Made by a program: the position numbers and the translations under genes. A DNA stretch of 63,798 nt, from the NCBI GenBank assembly GCA_005804965.1, contig SYOC01000222.1, positions 1 through 63,798 of the forward strand. The letters are read 5' to 3'. This document shows positions 61,446 to 63,798 of this stretch, one piece after another. Under the pieces are notes generated by a model, which was not told where the DNA came from, ran no database searches, and saw nothing but the letters and a program-made list of their open reading frames with translations. This DNA comes from Pseudomonadota bacterium (GTDB taxonomy: Bacteria; Desulfobacterota; Binatia; Bin18). The stretch's first letter is position 1. Each line of letters starts with the position of its first letter.

Positions 61446-62621
61446 TCAGGGGTCGTGTTTGCGAGGCAAGGTCAGGACAAATTCGCTGCCTTGCTGATGG
61501 AACGTAGGCTCCTGTTGGGTGCGTTGGCGGACGAGGCGAATGATACGAGGAATGCCGCTACCCACATCGGTGACTAAGCCCACGCGCAGTAACATACTGT
61601 AGATCATCGGGTTGCGCAGGACGTGGATGCCAAAGGGAAGGCTTGCTAATGTGACGGTGTTGGGGAGGGTCCCGGGAGTGCGAATCTCGATCCGATCATC
61701 AAAAACCACAAGGCGGATCGGTGCAGAGATGGTATAGTCGCGGTGCGCCAGCGCGTTGACAAGCGCCTCTCTCAAGACTTCTCCTGGCAATTCCGCCGTC
61801 ACCTCGGGTTCCAGACCACGAATGGTGTGAGGACGGCGAAGATGAATGTCGAGAAACCTTTTGGCATCTTCGAGCACGCTCAACAGCCGACCGACAATTT
61901 GTTTCTGATCGGACGGGGCGATACTGATATCGCTGCCGGGAATGCTTACTGCGGAGACGTAAGCCGTCGGCAGCCAGCGCTGGGGCTGCCGCGCGAGAAA
62001 TAACGCTCCGGCCACGGTCAAATACGTCTGCTCTGTACCTCGTGCTAAGAGTTTCCAGTTCACCAACAACTGGTGCGGGTCTATTGTGGCCACATCCAAA
62101 CCGCGCTGCGCTGCTAGTTCGAACACGTCTGATTGCGCTTGGGCTTCGAGATCAAGCGACGAGGTCGCCAGCAGTGGCGTTTCGTCGTAGTAGAGACTCT
62201 CCGTCGCTTGAAATAACCGTAATAGCTCTTCTCGCGAAGCCTGCCGGCGACCCGACGCGGTGCGGATGTAATAGATGCCACGATTCGTGCGATATGGACG
62301 CTGGCTGCCTTTGGGGACTTGGACCACCAGTACGACCCGTCCCTCGTTGTCTTTCACTGTTTCCAGGACCACGGTGGCTGGTGGTTGAATGTTGTGGAAC
62401 GCGACGTTCTCCACGGCTTGCGCTACCCGGTTGCGGTCGGCGTCTGCAATTCCGACGACTTGTCCGGCATCGTCCACTCCTAAAAAGACGTTGCCGCCAT
62501 CGGTATTGGCGAAGGCAGCAATGGCAGTGGCGAGATCGTCCGGGCGCAGTGGCCACTGCTTGAACTCGCTATGCAGGCTTTCTCCTTGCGTAAGCAAGGT
62601 CCTCAGTTCGTCGGGCGTCAT
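61446..62621 (-). CDS. AlbA_2 (Schlafen-like) plus HATPase_c_4 domain protein
   Basis: From the ATG at 62621 it begins MTPDELRTLLTQGESLHSEFKQ...IAAFANTDGGNVFLGVDDAGQVVGI, followed by EALVNALAHRDY. The longer track start would overlap the upstream gene. Confidence 0.75.
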   Translation of the reverse strand: MTPDELRTLLTQGESLHSEFKQWPLRPDDLATAIAAFANTDGGNVFLGVDDAGQVVGIADADRNRVAQAVENVAFHNIQPPATVVLETVKDNEGRVVLVVQVPKGSQRPYRTNRGIYYIRTASGRRQASREELLRLFQATESLYYDETPLLATSSLDLEAQAQSDVFELAAQRGLDVATIDPHQLLVNWKLLARGTEQTYLTVAGALFLARQPQRWLPTAYVSAVSIPGSDISIAPSDQKQIVGRLLSVLEDAKRFLDIHLRRPHTIRGLEPEVTAELPGEVLREALVNALAHRDYTISAPIRLVVFDDRIEIRTPGTLPNTVTLASLPFGIHVLRNPMIYSMLLRVGLVTDVGSGIPRIIRLVRQRTQQEPTFHQQGSEFVLTLPRKHDP

Positions 62622-62658
62622 CTGTTGCTCTGATGTCTCGGAAGGGTTTGTGTACAGC

Positions 62659-63654
62659 TCACGGTTTGCACGCTCGCAAGGTATCCATGACTTGATGTTT
62701 GGCGTTGGCACCGCTGCCGATGGGGAAGATGATGGGTAGTGCGATGCCGGAGTGTCGGTACGCTTCGATGCGTTCGCGACATTGGGCGGGCGTCCCGGCA
62801 ACACCGAGGGCTTCGATAAGCGCGTCGGGCACTAATTTTGCCGCACCTTCACGGTCACCTTTTTGCCACGCCTCACGAATCGCTTGCGCAGCATCTGGAA
62901 ACCCGCTTTCTGCCATGAGGCGGTTGTAGCGTGGGAAAAATCCTGCATAAAACGCTGCCCCTGGGCGCAGGCGCTCGAACGCTTCTTGGCGATTCTCCGA
63001 CATGCTGCATGACAACAACGAAACGATGTCGATATCTTTGGGATTACGGCCAGCTCGCTGCGCACCGGTGGCGATATGCTCAGCGGCTTTGCGTCCCGAT
63101 TCCTGGTTGCTCCACACCATGATCGTCCCTTGGGCGATTTCGCCACAGGTCTCCAGCATTTGCGGAAATACCGCTGAGACATAAATGGGAAACTCGCGCC
63201 GAATCGGTGTGAACCACAAATCGAACCGTTCGAGGTTGATAGTCTCGCCGTGATGCGACGCCACCCCATCGCGCACCAGGGCGCGGATGATGGCCACGGT
63301 GTCTTTGATGCGCTGCACGGGTTTGCCATAGGGAATCCCATGTTCTGGCTCGACTTGCACTTTGTGGCTCGACCCCAGTCCGAGAATCATGCGCTGGTTG
63401 GAAAAGTAATCCACGCAGGCTGCGGCCATGGCGATGGTCGGGGCACTGCGCACGAACACGCTGCTGATGGCGGTGCCCAGCAAAATTTTCTTGGTTTGTA
63501 CGGCGCATGCTGTCAGGATGGAAAACTGATCGCCGCCGTGGCCTTCGACCACCCAGGCTGACTCGTAGCCGAGTTCTTCGGCCAGTTTCACGCAATCGAC
63601 GATCTCTATCGGAGAGAGACCACCGCCGCCTAATGCCACGCCTAATCGCGCCAT
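62659..63654 (-). CDS. LLM-class F420/flavin-dependent oxidoreductase
   Basis: From the ATG at 63654 it begins MARLGVALGGGGLSPIEIVDCVKLAEELGYESAWVVEGHGGD, a typical LLM N-terminus. Confidence 0.85.
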   Translation of the reverse strand: MARLGVALGGGGLSPIEIVDCVKLAEELGYESAWVVEGHGGDQFSILTACAVQTKKILLGTAISSVFVRSAPTIAMAAACVDYFSNQRMILGLGSSHKVQVEPEHGIPYGKPVQRIKDTVAIIRALVRDGVASHHGETINLERFDLWFTPIRREFPIYVSAVFPQMLETCGEIAQGTIMVWSNQESGRKAAEHIATGAQRAGRNPKDIDIVSLLSCSMSENRQEAFERLRPGAAFYAGFFPRYNRLMAESGFPDAAQAIREAWQKGDREGAAKLVPDALIEALGVAGTPAQCRERIEAYRHSGIALPIIFPIGSGANAKHQVMDTLRACKP

Positions 63655-63798
63655 CGTTGTTATCCCCTTTTGCGGTGAGAGTGCGACCAGCATTCTCGAC
63701 TGCACGGCATGACCCGTCAACTCCAGCCTCGTGACGGGCGGAAACTGCGCCGCCGGGTTGCGTATTAGTGAGAAGCATGTCATGCGTTGACGTAGAAA

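Overview
This is a 63.8-kb chromosomal fragment from a moderately GC-rich bacterium with a Gram-negative-type envelope. The envelope call rests on MinCDE, an ExeA/GspB pair, a porin, DegP and a lipoprotein; I cannot assign a lineage from sequence alone. I support about 60 protein genes, 2 tRNAs, one MITE family (2 copies), several REP/BIME-like palindromic repeat clusters and a few promoter or operator candidates. The backbone is ordinary metabolism: four LLM or deazaflavin-type oxidoreductases, hydrolases and amidases, a CoA-transferase, an ABC-2 exporter, PepF, a speA/aguA/aguB polyamine cluster, tsaC, crcB, cspA, degP and a PQQ quinohemoprotein. Three accessory patches interrupt it. (1) 3.4-9.8 kb holds hicAB, a split EamA pair, and an operon of a KAP-like P-loop NTPase (apparently frameshifted) plus a NACHT-HEAT protein. 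(2) 22.8-30.5 kb holds an Rpn-family nuclease gene broken by a MITE, two convergent AAA+/DUF4143 ATPase-nuclease paralogs, a decayed DUF433/antitoxin module, and a lone TIR/NDT-like protein with a C-terminal membrane anchor. (3) 37.4-42.9 kb holds a Uma2 nuclease, a perfect 3 x 27-bp tandem repeat, and the best candidate for an undescribed system. That candidate is a probably leaderless operon of three genes: a 953-aa NACHT NTPase, a signal-peptide-less S8 subtilase translationally coupled to it (ATGA overlap), and a free-standing 132-aa protein that resembles the subtilase's own N-terminal pro-domain. I read it as a possible sensor-protease-inhibitor conflict module. Other points of interest are a Fur-box-like palindrome in front of a porin/FMN-binding/ApbE flavinylation operon, an unannotated 34-codon Arg/Lys-rich small ORF with its own promoter and RBS, a near-identical 105-bp HEAT-repeat duplication in the first NACHT protein, and a long leader upstream of speA. 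All functional calls come from motif recognition by eye. No searches were run.
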